Virus record (IMG/VR): IMGVR_UViG_3300045450_000145
Coordinates: 64,001-128,000 of that record
Strand: one strand, 5' to 3'
Length of the DNA stretch: 64,000 nucleotides
Source of the DNA: a virus
In this document: in pieces, positions 36,366-45,003 of the stretch
How the letters are laid out: the number at the start of each line of letters is the position of its first letter
How positions within the stretch are numbered: position 1 is the stretch's first letter
The notes under the pieces: model-generated
What the model saw: only the letters and a program-made list of their open reading frames with translations
Databases searched by the model: none
Told to the model about the DNA's origin: nothing
Made by a program: the position numbers and the translations under genes

Positions 36366-36770
36366 ATGACTAATGTAGTTCCTGTTGCGCGCAAGCGCTT
36401 CTCGTTCGGTCCTGTGTGGTCCCGTGAAGTCATTCGTGGCACCATCACCGACCATGAAAAGCTAATTGTGCATGCCGTCAACTTGTGCGTCGGCCCTAAA
36501 AGTGAAGTCAAAGAGCTTGAGATGGAGGTGCTTCGACAGAAAGTTGCAACTAAGCTCATTGAAAATGGATGCCCATTTGATGTCAAAGCTAATCATCCAA
36601 TCACAGTTATTAACCCTGTAGAATGGTTTACACCCACCGAAATTGAATTTGATGACAAGTTTGGCGAAGACCCTAAAGGTTGCCGCGTTCGGTGGGATGG
36701 CAGCGCTTGGTTTCGCCTGAGCGATTGCAAAATTCGTATGCATAACAGTGTACAACCTGCTAAATCTTGA
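36366..36770 (+). CDS. hypothetical protein
   Basis: AAGGA SD; 134 aa. Confidence 0.7.
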   Translation: MTNVVPVARKRFSFGPVWSREVIRGTITDHEKLIVHAVNLCVGPKSEVKELEMEVLRQKVATKLIENGCPFDVKANHPITVINPVEWFTPTEIEFDDKFGEDPKGCRVRWDGSAWFRLSDCKIRMHNSVQPAKS

Positions 36771-36789
36771 TATAATTCATCTATCAAAT
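36749..36789 (+). promoter_or_regulatory. early promoter with a conserved downstream box
   Basis: TGTACA-N16-TATAAT; TATAATTCATCTATCAAAT is identical to 3031-3049. Confidence 0.65.
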
Positions 36790-36807
36790 AAAATTTAGGA
36801 GTTTAAC

Positions 36808-37245
36808 ATGGGATTCAAAAAGCAAACCGCAAAGCAAACCTTTGAAATTCTGGCAACTCACAAGAAAAATTATGCGCTGAATCCCACGGAAATTCTCAAG
36901 ATCACGATCGAAAACATGGAGCGGCTTGCTAACCGTCTGATGACGGAAGAAATGCAAGCGAAGGAAAAGAACTTCATCGCCAAGCACGTCGGTTCCGACT
37001 GGTGGGAAATGGCTCAAAAGCTTTACCCCATTGTGCAAAATGCAGAAACCAATATGTACGTGGTTACGTCGGAAGCCAAAGAATGGACCGAAGGTAAAGA
37101 ATGGGAATTCACCTACAAGTACGAAGCTCTGGAAAAGGTCCAGCAGCTGGTATTGTGGAAGCACCTCGATCGTAAGCGGGGTACTGGAAATGTTGAAAAG
37201 GACCTCGAGAAGTTTGCTGCAAAGTTTGCAGTCGAAATGGAATAA
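36808..37245 (+). CDS. hypothetical early protein
   Basis: AGGAG SD; GC-richer codon usage. Confidence 0.8.
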   Translation: MGFKKQTAKQTFEILATHKKNYALNPTEILKITIENMERLANRLMTEEMQAKEKNFIAKHVGSDWWEMAQKLYPIVQNAETNMYVVTSEAKEWTEGKEWEFTYKYEALEKVQQLVLWKHLDRKRGTGNVEKDLEKFAAKFAVEME

Positions 37246-37253
37246 GGAATATT

Positions 37254-37418
37254 ATGACTGACAAAGAATATGAGAAATTCAACGAGATGGCCAGTCGCTT
37301 TAAATTCGAAATCATTGCAAGTTTTCGAATTGAAAAGGAAGCAGTAACCGCGGCAGAACATCGAGCGGCTCTCTTTAACATGCAGCGTGTGATGGGCAAA
37401 ATCATTAGTGAAATGTGA
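37254..37418 (+). CDS. small hypothetical protein (54 aa, not in ORF track)
   Basis: TAAGGA SD. Confidence 0.65.
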   Translation: MTDKEYEKFNEMASRFKFEIIASFRIEKEAVTAAEHRAALFNMQRVMGKIISEM

Positions 37419-37447
37419 TGTACACCTGAAATTATTCAGGTTATAAT
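37419..37447 (+). promoter_or_regulatory. sigma70-type promoter
   Basis: TGTACA-N17-TATAAT. Confidence 0.75.
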
Positions 37448-37469
37448 TTAATTTTACGGAGATTGTTAG

Positions 37470-37652
37470 ATGAATAATTTCATTGCCATTTTTATCAGCG
37501 TCATGTTCGGTATTGTAGTAGGCCACTTTAGCAACGTAGGTATTGGGGTATGTATGGGAGCGGGTGTCTATGCAAGTATTTTGCTTTTCATCTCTATCGT
37601 TAAAAACCTTTTTGAACTTATTCGTAACGCTGCTAAACATATCAAGGGATAA
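37470..37652 (+). CDS. small 2-TM membrane protein
   Basis: GGAG SD; hydrophobic. Confidence 0.65.
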   Translation: MNNFIAIFISVMFGIVVGHFSNVGIGVCMGAGVYASILLFISIVKNLFELIRNAAKHIKG

Positions 37653-37657
37653 TATAC

Positions 37658-38416
37658 ATGCCAGAAGGCCCCGAAGTAAAGCGCAATGGCGAGTCCATGA
37701 AGGACTTTATTAATGCCACGATACAAAGCATTACTACTGTGTCGGGTAGGTATACCCGCAAACTGATTGAAAATACTGACATTCCAGTAGGACAGAAAAT
37801 TGTTGACATCTTTGTCAAAGGCAAGCTGATCGTCATCAAGCTAGATACACATGCAATCTTATCCACCTTAGGCATGAGTGGGCATTGGTATTACGAGGTG
37901 CCAGATAGCAAGAAGAAATTTATCCGCATTAAGATAATTACAAATATAGGCGCCATGTACTTCTGCGACATGAGGAACTTCGGTACATTTAAGGTGGTGA
38001 CTCACGCTGAGATGTATAAAAAGCTAGATAGCTTGGGGGCTGATATCTTGGCCTCACCTGATGCACCTATTCATTTCTTTACTCGAATTGCAAAGCTGGG
38101 CAAGGACAAATATATTAGCGAAGTCCTGATGGACCAGCGCATCTTGTCCGGCGTCGGTAACTACCTACGGGCCGACATCCTATTCGAGCTAGGCATTCAC
38201 CCTAAGAAGCTCACCAGTAGCTTCAATAAGGGGGAACTCATAGACATATGGAAGAAGTGCCATGAGCTCGCCAGTGAGTCCTACAAGGACGGAGGTTACG
38301 GCTATGAATTTCGGGTATATGCTAAATCAATGGTGGATAATCACTGGGTCGAGAGTTACGAAGATAACAATAAGCGGATGGTCTGGTGGAGTCCCCATCA
38401 TCAGCAGCGCATTTAA
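37658..38416 (+). CDS. nei: Fpg/Nei-family DNA glycosylase (zincless finger)
   Basis: MPEGPEV catalytic N-terminus, KGKL, LGMSG, FCDMRNFG, H2TH LMDQ..SGVGNY. Confidence 0.9.
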   Translation: MPEGPEVKRNGESMKDFINATIQSITTVSGRYTRKLIENTDIPVGQKIVDIFVKGKLIVIKLDTHAILSTLGMSGHWYYEVPDSKKKFIRIKIITNIGAMYFCDMRNFGTFKVVTHAEMYKKLDSLGADILASPDAPIHFFTRIAKLGKDKYISEVLMDQRILSGVGNYLRADILFELGIHPKKLTSSFNKGELIDIWKKCHELASESYKDGGYGYEFRVYAKSMVDNHWVESYEDNNKRMVWWSPHHQQRI

Positions 38417-38417
38417 T

Positions 38418-38437
38418 AGCATTAGTTAGCAAATAAG
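38418..38437 (+). repeat. copy of dispersed motif AGCATTAGWT-NNN-AAATAA
   Basis: AGCATTAGTTAGCAAATAAG; 25/26 identical to the 55.27-kb copy when flanks are included. Confidence 0.8.
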
Positions 38438-38448
38438 GATTATACATT

Positions 38449-38688
38449 GTGAAGCAGCTCGTACCATACCTCGGCTTCTCTATTGCTGCAAGCTGGCTTA
38501 TTGGCGGCGGAATCTACTTAGCAGGTATTTCTGCCATTGCGTCGGCACTTATCGGCTGCGGAATTCTACTTACATTTATGTTTGTGTATGTAGCTTTAGC
38601 AGATTTTATCCACAATGCCCAGCTAGCATACAATCGCCTCATTCGCGTGGAGGAAATCCTCGAAAAGATTGAGGGGAAAGTGAGATAA
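38449..38688 (+). CDS. 2-TM membrane protein
   Basis: AAGGA SD; GTG start. Confidence 0.65.
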   Translation: MKQLVPYLGFSIAASWLIGGGIYLAGISAIASALIGCGILLTFMFVYVALADFIHNAQLAYNRLIRVEEILEKIEGKVR

Positions 38689-38761
38689 AAAGCTTTTTCC
38701 TATGTACTCTCTGGGCAGATTAGTTATAATTCACTATCGAAACAAACTGCCTATCTTACAT

Positions 38762-39745
38762 ATGTCCAAAACCGCTCTTCTCGCCTTCAACGACAAGTCT
38801 AGCAAGTGGGAAGCATCCTACAACGGTCAAGTATTTCTGTCGTCGGCTAGCAAGGACTATGTGATTGATAAAATTATCAATCAAATCTCGAATAAAGCTA
38901 AGACCCTTGGTGTTACCCGTTATGAGGAACTCGGCAAGGCGACAGATGTTTTGGCAGCTCACACCAAGTCTGAAATCAACTTCAGCATCAATGAGCGCTT
39001 TGAGTTCTTGGAAGACTTTGTCGAGATGGTCGCTACTCGTGAGATCGCTTCGACGATTATTGTCGGTGAAGGTGGTTTGGGCAAGACCTTCACGGTCATG
39101 AAAACCCTCGAGCGCCTAGGCATGGAGAAGGAAGACCCCACTCTTGCCAACATCGAAGAAGACGAAGACGGCACTCCGATGGTCAAGCCTAAAAATGACA
39201 AGGCATTTGTGGTCGTTAAGGGTTACAGCACCGCCAAGGGTCTGTTCCGCACCCTCTACGAAAACAAGAACCGCATCGTAATTTTTGATGACTGTGATTC
39301 GGTGCTGAAAGATGAAACTGCATGCAACGTGCTGAAGGCCGCACTCGACTCTTATGATGAACGCATCGTTACCTGGAATGCAGAAGCGCCGTTCGGTTCT
39401 GACCTGCCACGCTCATTCGAATTCACCGGTGGTATTATCTTCATCTCGAACCAATCGATGCACAAGATTCCGCAACCCATTCGGTCCCGTGCCATGCCTG
39501 CAGACGTCTCTATGACCCGCTCCGAGATTGTTACCCGCATGCGAGCCATTGTAGATTCAGGCACCTTCCTGCCAGAAATGGACATGGAAATCAAGAACGA
39601 AGCCCTCGACTTTATCGCTGAGAATGCAAACAACCCGGCGGTCAAGTCGCTCAATTTGCGCACTCTGATTGGTGTTTGCAAGGCCCGCAAAGTTAAGATC
39701 GAGAACTGGGAACGTCGCGCGCTGTATGCAATGATCAACACTTAA
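38762..39745 (+). CDS. AAA+-like P-loop ATPase
   Basis: GEGGLGKT Walker A, IVIFDDCD Walker B, IIFISN sensor; start reassigned to ATG 38762. Confidence 0.85.
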   Translation: MSKTALLAFNDKSSKWEASYNGQVFLSSASKDYVIDKIINQISNKAKTLGVTRYEELGKATDVLAAHTKSEINFSINERFEFLEDFVEMVATREIASTIIVGEGGLGKTFTVMKTLERLGMEKEDPTLANIEEDEDGTPMVKPKNDKAFVVVKGYSTAKGLFRTLYENKNRIVIFDDCDSVLKDETACNVLKAALDSYDERIVTWNAEAPFGSDLPRSFEFTGGIIFISNQSMHKIPQPIRSRAMPADVSMTRSEIVTRMRAIVDSGTFLPEMDMEIKNEALDFIAENANNPAVKSLNLRTLIGVCKARKVKIENWERRALYAMINT

Positions 39746-39754
39746 ATGAAAATA

Positions 39755-39782
39755 AGGGTGTATGATTAGTACACCCTGTTTT
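39755..39782 (+). terminator. intrinsic terminator overlapping the next promoter
   Basis: AGGGTGTA-tgattag-TACACCCT then GTTTT and TATAAT. Confidence 0.65.
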
Positions 39783-39814
39783 ATAATAATTTTATCTTTT
39801 CAAGGAGCATATAA

Positions 39815-39988
39815 ATGTCTACTTCTGTTATTGCAGCCTTCATAACTGTCTTGCTTGGTATTATGCTTACTGTCTGGGTGGCATTCTCCTTTGCCTTGGC
39901 TGTAACTACAATCTTTGTGTTCTTCTTTAAGTTTGCAGTTGCAGCAATCTTTGTTTACCTGATGTACTTTATCTTTCTGCGGCCATGA
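39815..39988 (+). CDS. small hydrophobic 2-TM protein (57 aa, not in ORF track)
   Basis: AAGGAG SD; almost entirely hydrophobic; ATGA overlap with the next gene. Confidence 0.7.
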   Translation: MSTSVIAAFITVLLGIMLTVWVAFSFALAVTTIFVFFFKFAVAAIFVYLMYFIFLRP

Positions 39989-40224
39989 AGAAAATTCTCT
40001 TTCTCTGCATGGCGCTTTCTTTGACTGCCTGCACACCCCAAACTCCCGTTGAACGTCAAAGCACTCGCGATAGTCGGGTGCAGTGGATCAGTTATCACAA
40101 AGACGATAGAACTGACATCTGCTTCGCATCGAGTATGTCTAGTAATTATGGCGGTAGCTTTTATGTCTTTGCGCCAGTACCCTGCACGCAAAAGGTTTTA
40201 GATATTATTGAGGACCCAAAATGA
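39985..40224 (+). CDS. small lipoprotein (paralog family 2, copy 1)
   Basis: lipobox LTAC; YHKDDRTDICF..PVPCTQKV. Confidence 0.8.
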   Translation: MKKILFLCMALSLTACTPQTPVERQSTRDSRVQWISYHKDDRTDICFASSMSSNYGGSFYVFAPVPCTQKVLDIIEDPK

Positions 40225-40481
40225 AGAAGTATCTTATTATGATTGCATTTGCAATTGCTGGGTGCAAACCTACTGGAGCAGGTGATTATAATGCTAATCT
40301 AGTATTAAATTCAAAGTATTTTAAGGACCCAAAGACAAACCTTTGTTTTGCTGCTCTTGGTAACTGGGACGATTCTAACACTAAATTGACTTATGTCCCA
40401 TGCACGGCCGAAGTCGAAGCGCAAATTACTGAAGAATATGTTCCTATGAAGAAGAAAAGCAAAGAAATGGAGGTTAGGTAA
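40221..40481 (+). CDS. small lipoprotein (paralog family 2, copy 2)
   Basis: lipobox IAGC; YFKDPKTNLCF..YVPCTAEV. Confidence 0.8.
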   Translation: MKKYLIMIAFAIAGCKPTGAGDYNANLVLNSKYFKDPKTNLCFAALGNWDDSNTKLTYVPCTAEVEAQITEEYVPMKKKSKEMEVR

Positions 40482-40753
40482 TGAAATACATTCTGCTTGT
40501 TATTCCATTCCTGCTTGCAGGCTGTGGTCAAAATCAAGATGACGTTTTTGCAACTAGAGTTGCAGAAGGCCGATACTACAAAGACCCTCGCACAGATTTG
40601 TGTTTCTTTGATTCGCAAAATACAAAGAATGGTGGAGGTGGAGGAACTTGGGCACCAACTCACGTGCCATGCACTGAAAAGGTAGAAAATCTAATCTTGG
40701 GAAAATATATCAAGGAAGGTAAGAAGGATTCTAATTCCTTGGAGATTCGATAA
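40481..40753 (+). CDS. small lipoprotein (paralog family 2, copy 3)
   Basis: lipobox LAGC; YYKDPRTDLCF..HVPCTEKV. Confidence 0.8.
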   Translation: MKYILLVIPFLLAGCGQNQDDVFATRVAEGRYYKDPRTDLCFFDSQNTKNGGGGGTWAPTHVPCTEKVENLILGKYIKEGKKDSNSLEIR

Positions 40754-40814
40754 ATGCGGTAATGGGTTTTCTGCCAGTAAATATTATTTTTAGAAGTCAA
40801 CTATAAGGTGCTTC

Positions 40815-41219
40815 ATGAACAATATTGAACTAAGAGATAACTTGCTATCACAGGCAGAGAGCGCCTTTTTTGAGATGATTAAATTGGGTGATAACTTACT
40901 TGATGCCGCCCAGGTATATTTTGCCCAACATGCCACTATCACGAAATCTGACAAAATAAAGGAAAAGAATCTTGAGATTGCGGCCCGAGATATTGGCTCC
41001 TTACTAAAGCAGCTAGCATCAGAGATAGAGCGATGGAAGCGAAAAGATCGATTGTTGAGTAAAAACGGCGTCGAGCACGAAATCATTAATGAGCTCAGGG
41101 TGACGATGGAGGCAACGTTTATGTTCCTTACAAACAATAATATCAACCTCTCCAGGTTCACCCTCGTAGCTTTGAATAAAGCCCATGCAGACCTTATTAG
41201 GAGCAACAGACTGTTATGA
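40815..41219 (+). CDS. hypothetical protein
   Basis: AAGGT SD; helical 134 aa. Confidence 0.7.
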   Translation: MNNIELRDNLLSQAESAFFEMIKLGDNLLDAAQVYFAQHATITKSDKIKEKNLEIAARDIGSLLKQLASEIERWKRKDRLLSKNGVEHEIINELRVTMEATFMFLTNNNINLSRFTLVALNKAHADLIRSNRLL

Positions 41220-41371
41220 AATTATTCTTCTTAAAAAGCCTTATCTTTGTGGCTTTCTTCCCGGTCGCCCTTGTTCACGCAGCTCTAAACTTCGTTATTG
41301 GTGGTGCATTAGCCGCGTGGCTTGCCATCACCCTTGAGTATAATACACTAAAAGAAGTGTTGAAGTATTAA
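41216..41371 (+). CDS. small membrane protein (51 aa, not in ORF track)
   Basis: ATGA overlap; hydrophobic. Confidence 0.55.
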   Translation: MKLFFLKSLIFVAFFPVALVHAALNFVIGGALAAWLAITLEYNTLKEVLKY

Positions 41372-41670
41372 GTGCTGCGCAGTAATGCGTAGTCGTCTCT
41401 ATCGTATTGGCGACCTGCTGATCTAGTTGCCAAGTTTGCTTTAGCCTTTGCCCACTCCTCTTCCTTCTTCTTTTTGCGGGCCTTTTCGGCCTCTTTCTTT
41501 TTCTCTTCCTCTTTTTCCTTCTTCTGCTGAAGAAGAGATTTTACCTGCTCGCCAGCTTTATCTTGATTAGGGGATTTGCCAAAAAACTTACCGAAGATTT
41601 CATTAATTTGATCTTCGTCTTTGCCGTTACATTCTTCAACGAAGGCATTAAAGGTCTTGAAGGTAATCAT
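41368..41670 (-). CDS. hypothetical late protein, possibly capsid-internal
   Basis: MITFKTFNAFVEE N-terminus; GATAAATA on the minus strand at 41697-41704. Confidence 0.7.
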   Translation of the reverse strand: MITFKTFNAFVEECNGKDEDQINEIFGKFFGKSPNQDKAGEQVKSLLQQKKEKEEEKKKEAEKARKKKKEEEWAKAKANLATRSAGRQYDRDDYALLRST

Positions 41671-41765
41671 AATACATCACACAAGTTATAAAGAATTATT
41701 TATCCTTAAAATTGATAACTTATACAAGTCTCTTAAGTTACAATTGTAAAAACAAAGGGGATTAA

Positions 41766-42377
41766 ATGGCTAAAGTTATCGGTTTATCTGGCCCTCAAGG
41801 TGGTGGCAAATCAACGCTTCTAAATGGGCTGCAGCTATATGGCATTAAGGTTGACGATTTTAAAGTTTCTAGATCAGTGCAAAAGCAACTTGGCTGGGAA
41901 TCTCTAGATAGAGCGACCAAAAATATTGACGATATGCTGGAGTTCCAAAACGAAATTAAAAGGCAGAAGTTTATTCACGACGGTGCGCTCGCAGCAGACG
42001 ACAGCGTGAAGGTCATTTTAGTCGAACGTACGTTCGCAGATATTGACGCATATTTTCAACTGTGGCTGAATAAGTTTTTATATAGAGGTGATATTGAAGA
42101 AGCTGAGCACAAGATGCTATCTAAGGATTTTGGGGCAAGCTGCAAATATGGGCAGCAAATTTATTATGCAAATATGATTCTGCCATATTCTAATACTGTT
42201 AAATGGGAGAATGATCCAAGTCGCGCTAAGCAAGAAGATTTAGATGCATTTGCGCAGCTATTAGATTACTTCTTTCTTGCTAAGAATCCAAAGCATGTAT
42301 TAGAATTTACCATCAACCAAATAACAATCGATGGTCGTATAAAAGAGGTATATGATTGGCTAAAGGGAATTAAATGA
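41766..42377 (+). CDS. P-loop nucleotide (dNMP) kinase-like protein
   Basis: GLSGPQGGGKSTLL, LVERTFAD. Confidence 0.75.
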   Translation: MAKVIGLSGPQGGGKSTLLNGLQLYGIKVDDFKVSRSVQKQLGWESLDRATKNIDDMLEFQNEIKRQKFIHDGALAADDSVKVILVERTFADIDAYFQLWLNKFLYRGDIEEAEHKMLSKDFGASCKYGQQIYYANMILPYSNTVKWENDPSRAKQEDLDAFAQLLDYFFLAKNPKHVLEFTINQITIDGRIKEVYDWLKGIK

Positions 42378-42649
42378 CTGATGAAAATGTAGTTCGTTCT
42401 GCAATTGTAGATATTAAGCTCCAAATTGAGATGAATCTAGAGGAGCTCCTAACTGAGCTGATTGATTATCAACATAGCTGCATTTTAAAAGACGGAAAAA
42501 TTAATGAGCTGGCAATTTACCTGCGCAATGCAATGGCAGATGTTAGCATTCAACACGCTGAGCCAATTGCAACCCACAAGACAGTAATTGACTTAATTAA
42601 GATGAAGTGCGTTTATATTGTCTTTAGCGACTTTGAAGAAGGAAGGTGA
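42374..42649 (+). CDS. hypothetical protein
   Basis: ATGA overlap. Confidence 0.65.
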   Translation: MTDENVVRSAIVDIKLQIEMNLEELLTELIDYQHSCILKDGKINELAIYLRNAMADVSIQHAEPIATHKTVIDLIKMKCVYIVFSDFEEGR

Positions 42650-42726
42650 TAACATGCTGGTCTTCAAAGTCATCGCAATGATAATCATATTGTTTGCAGT
42701 TTTATATTTTATAGGAATGATGGAAA

Positions 42727-43329
42727 ATGACTAGGACTTATACTAAAGCACATCCTGGAGCCTATGGGCTGGCAATCGATTGGGAAACCACAGGTTCGAA
42801 CTTCGGTGGAGACAGCACGAAGGATTACCAGGGCATCTCATTTGGCGCAATTATTTTTGATACTGAAACTCTCGAGCCGGTTGAAGACCTGTATTGCCTA
42901 CTTCAATTTGACGATACAAAGTACAAGTGGTCAAATGAAGCCGAACGTATTCACGGTCTCACCAGAGAGCACCTAGCACAGCACGGCATGCCGCGTGATG
43001 AAGCTTTAGCTAATTTGCTTGATTTAATCCTGCGCTACATCGGCTCGGATAGCAAGGTGATGTTTTTGGGTCACAATGTCGCATTTGACGTGGATTTTAC
43101 GCATCAGCTATGTCGCGATTTTGGTATGGAGCTAAAGGTGCATCACGTAATGCTAGAAACTTCAGGCACTGCATTCTTACTAATTGGCAAGTATAAGTCA
43201 GATGACGTCTTTGAGTTCTTTACCGGTAAAACACGTGAAGGTTCTCACAACGCATTAGATGATGCCCACATGGCATTAGAGACCGCTCGTAATATGAAGC
43301 TTATTATGTCTACTGCCCTCGAAGCATGA
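42727..43329 (+). CDS. DEDDh 3'-5' exonuclease (DnaQ-like)
   Basis: IDWETTG, GHNVAFD, HNALDDA. Confidence 0.88.
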   Translation: MTRTYTKAHPGAYGLAIDWETTGSNFGGDSTKDYQGISFGAIIFDTETLEPVEDLYCLLQFDDTKYKWSNEAERIHGLTREHLAQHGMPRDEALANLLDLILRYIGSDSKVMFLGHNVAFDVDFTHQLCRDFGMELKVHHVMLETSGTAFLLIGKYKSDDVFEFFTGKTREGSHNALDDAHMALETARNMKLIMSTALEA

Positions 43330-43547
43330 AGAGAATGGACCCATTGCTGAGGGTCATTGGCGAGGCCCCAGCAAACCAACTCCACGCTGACATGAGCAAG
43401 AAGGTAAGATGCTTAATTGGTTTGAATGACGATGTTATTATTAAGGAGTTAGGTGATATAATTGACGAGTGCAAGAAGAAAAATTACGGCTCTAAATTTG
43501 CGCTAAAAATTTTAGAGGACACACTAATGGTAGCCAAAAATGAATAA
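43326..43547 (+). CDS. hypothetical protein
   Basis: ATGA overlap. Confidence 0.6.
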   Translation: MKRMDPLLRVIGEAPANQLHADMSKKVRCLIGLNDDVIIKELGDIIDECKKKNYGSKFALKILEDTLMVAKNE

Positions 43548-43914
43548 TGTTAAGAGGGATCAAACAGCGGAGGAATATTCAAACTGGGTTGATACTACCT
43601 TCCCAGAATTTTCTAAGTGGAACTCGTCAGAGCCATTCTATCTATATAAAAACTGCAGTGTACGATTCAAAGTTCAATATGAACAGCGGCCGCTTGAAGG
43701 TGTCGGTATTGCAATTGAGAGAGATTTGCAGCTAGCAGATTTAGGTGTAGTCTGTGAAGATCAGGATAATAAGGATTTTTTAGATACATTCATTAGTAAG
43801 TTTGTTAACAGACTAAGTTTACACGACTTAGAGCACCTAATTGCGGGTTTAGAGAAGTGCGCATCTGATTGGCGCACAGAGATTATGATGTCCAAACTAA
43901 AAAGCATAAAATGA
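43540..43914 (+). CDS. hypothetical protein
   Basis: tiled ORF. Confidence 0.65.
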   Translation: MNNVKRDQTAEEYSNWVDTTFPEFSKWNSSEPFYLYKNCSVRFKVQYEQRPLEGVGIAIERDLQLADLGVVCEDQDNKDFLDTFISKFVNRLSLHDLEHLIAGLEKCASDWRTEIMMSKLKSIK

Positions 43915-44420
43915 AATCACGCCTCGTTACATCTCCTCAAGTAAATTTTCGTGATGACGGCTACACTACTTTATTTCTAGCTGGCACTATTGACAATGGC
44001 ACATCAGTAGATTGGCAGAAGAAGGTAGCTAATGAGCTGCAAAATGAAAAGGTAACAATCTTTAATCCTCGCCGAGAAAGTTGGAATGCTGCCCCGACAC
44101 AAGAAGACCTTGAATTCCAGATTGAATGGGAACTAGAGAGAATCGAAATGTGTGAGTTTGTGCTGATGCACTTGGAAGATGACTCAAAGTCCCCAGTTTC
44201 ACTCCTAGAATTAGGGCTGCTACTTGCAACGCCTGACTTTGAACCGCAGTATGCAGCTAGTCGTAAAAAGCTAATTGTTTCGTGCAGCCCAAAATTCTAC
44301 CGCTATACTAACGTCGCTCGGACGTGTGAGAGATATGATACAATCATTTTCCATTCTCTAGATGACGCAATCGACGTCACGCGCCAGCGCATCAGAAGTG
44401 TGTACACAAATCCTGACTGA
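43911..44420 (+). CDS. nucleoside 2-deoxyribosyltransferase-like protein
   Basis: LFLAGTID..DWQ..IFNPRR..QIEWE..SPVSLLELG; start reassigned to the ATGA-overlapped ATG 43911. Confidence 0.85.
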   Translation: MKSRLVTSPQVNFRDDGYTTLFLAGTIDNGTSVDWQKKVANELQNEKVTIFNPRRESWNAAPTQEDLEFQIEWELERIEMCEFVLMHLEDDSKSPVSLLELGLLLATPDFEPQYAASRKKLIVSCSPKFYRYTNVARTCERYDTIIFHSLDDAIDVTRQRIRSVYTNPD

Positions 44421-44429
44421 TGTTATAAT
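44401..44429 (+). promoter_or_regulatory. sigma70-type promoter
   Basis: TGTACA-N17-TATAAT. Confidence 0.7.
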
Positions 44430-44452
44430 CCTTTTTTCAGGAGAATTATACT

Positions 44453-44800
44453 ATGTACACTCTATTTTTGGACGATGAGCGCTTCCCTTTTCCAAACACG
44501 GAGTGCGTAGTTATCGCACGCAATTTTGATCAAGCCGTTAAGGTAATTAACGACCTGGGAATTCCCACTAAGATTAGCTTCGACCATGACCTAGGTAATG
44601 ACAGCCAGAGTGGTAAGGAATTTCTAGACTGGCTCATTTACTGGCATCTTGAGTATGCTCACAACCTCGCAACAATTCAAGAAGTAATTGTTCATAGCGC
44701 CAACCCCATCGGCGCTCGCAACATCAAGGGGCTCTGGGATAACTTTGCTGACGTGTATCAGTTTGGTGTTATTGCGGAGCTCCGACCACGACTAACTTAA
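44453..44800 (+). CDS. cyclic-phosphate-processing receiver domain protein
   Basis: LFLDDER, ISFDHDLG, VHSANPIG. Confidence 0.85.
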   Translation: MYTLFLDDERFPFPNTECVVIARNFDQAVKVINDLGIPTKISFDHDLGNDSQSGKEFLDWLIYWHLEYAHNLATIQEVIVHSANPIGARNIKGLWDNFADVYQFGVIAELRPRLT

Positions 44801-44803
44801 TAT

Positions 44804-44992
44804 ATGACCACATACGTGTATGATAATGAAGAGGTGAAACTTACAGGCCGAACAGCCATTCGTGAGTTTCAACAAGTCCCTAATAAACCAAAGGTAAAGC
44901 AAGAGCTAGTTGAAATTACCCCCGCCGACCCAGATAATGGGTCTTGGAAGAAGTGGGTGCAGCGAGGCGTGCTTTTTGAGGTTATAGAATAA
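44804..44992 (+). CDS. hypothetical protein
   Basis: 62 aa; tiled. Confidence 0.65.
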   Translation: MTTYVYDNEEVKLTGRTAIREFQQVPNKPKVKQELVEITPADPDNGSWKKWVQRGVLFEVIE

Positions 44993-45003
44993 GGAATAAA
45001 TAA

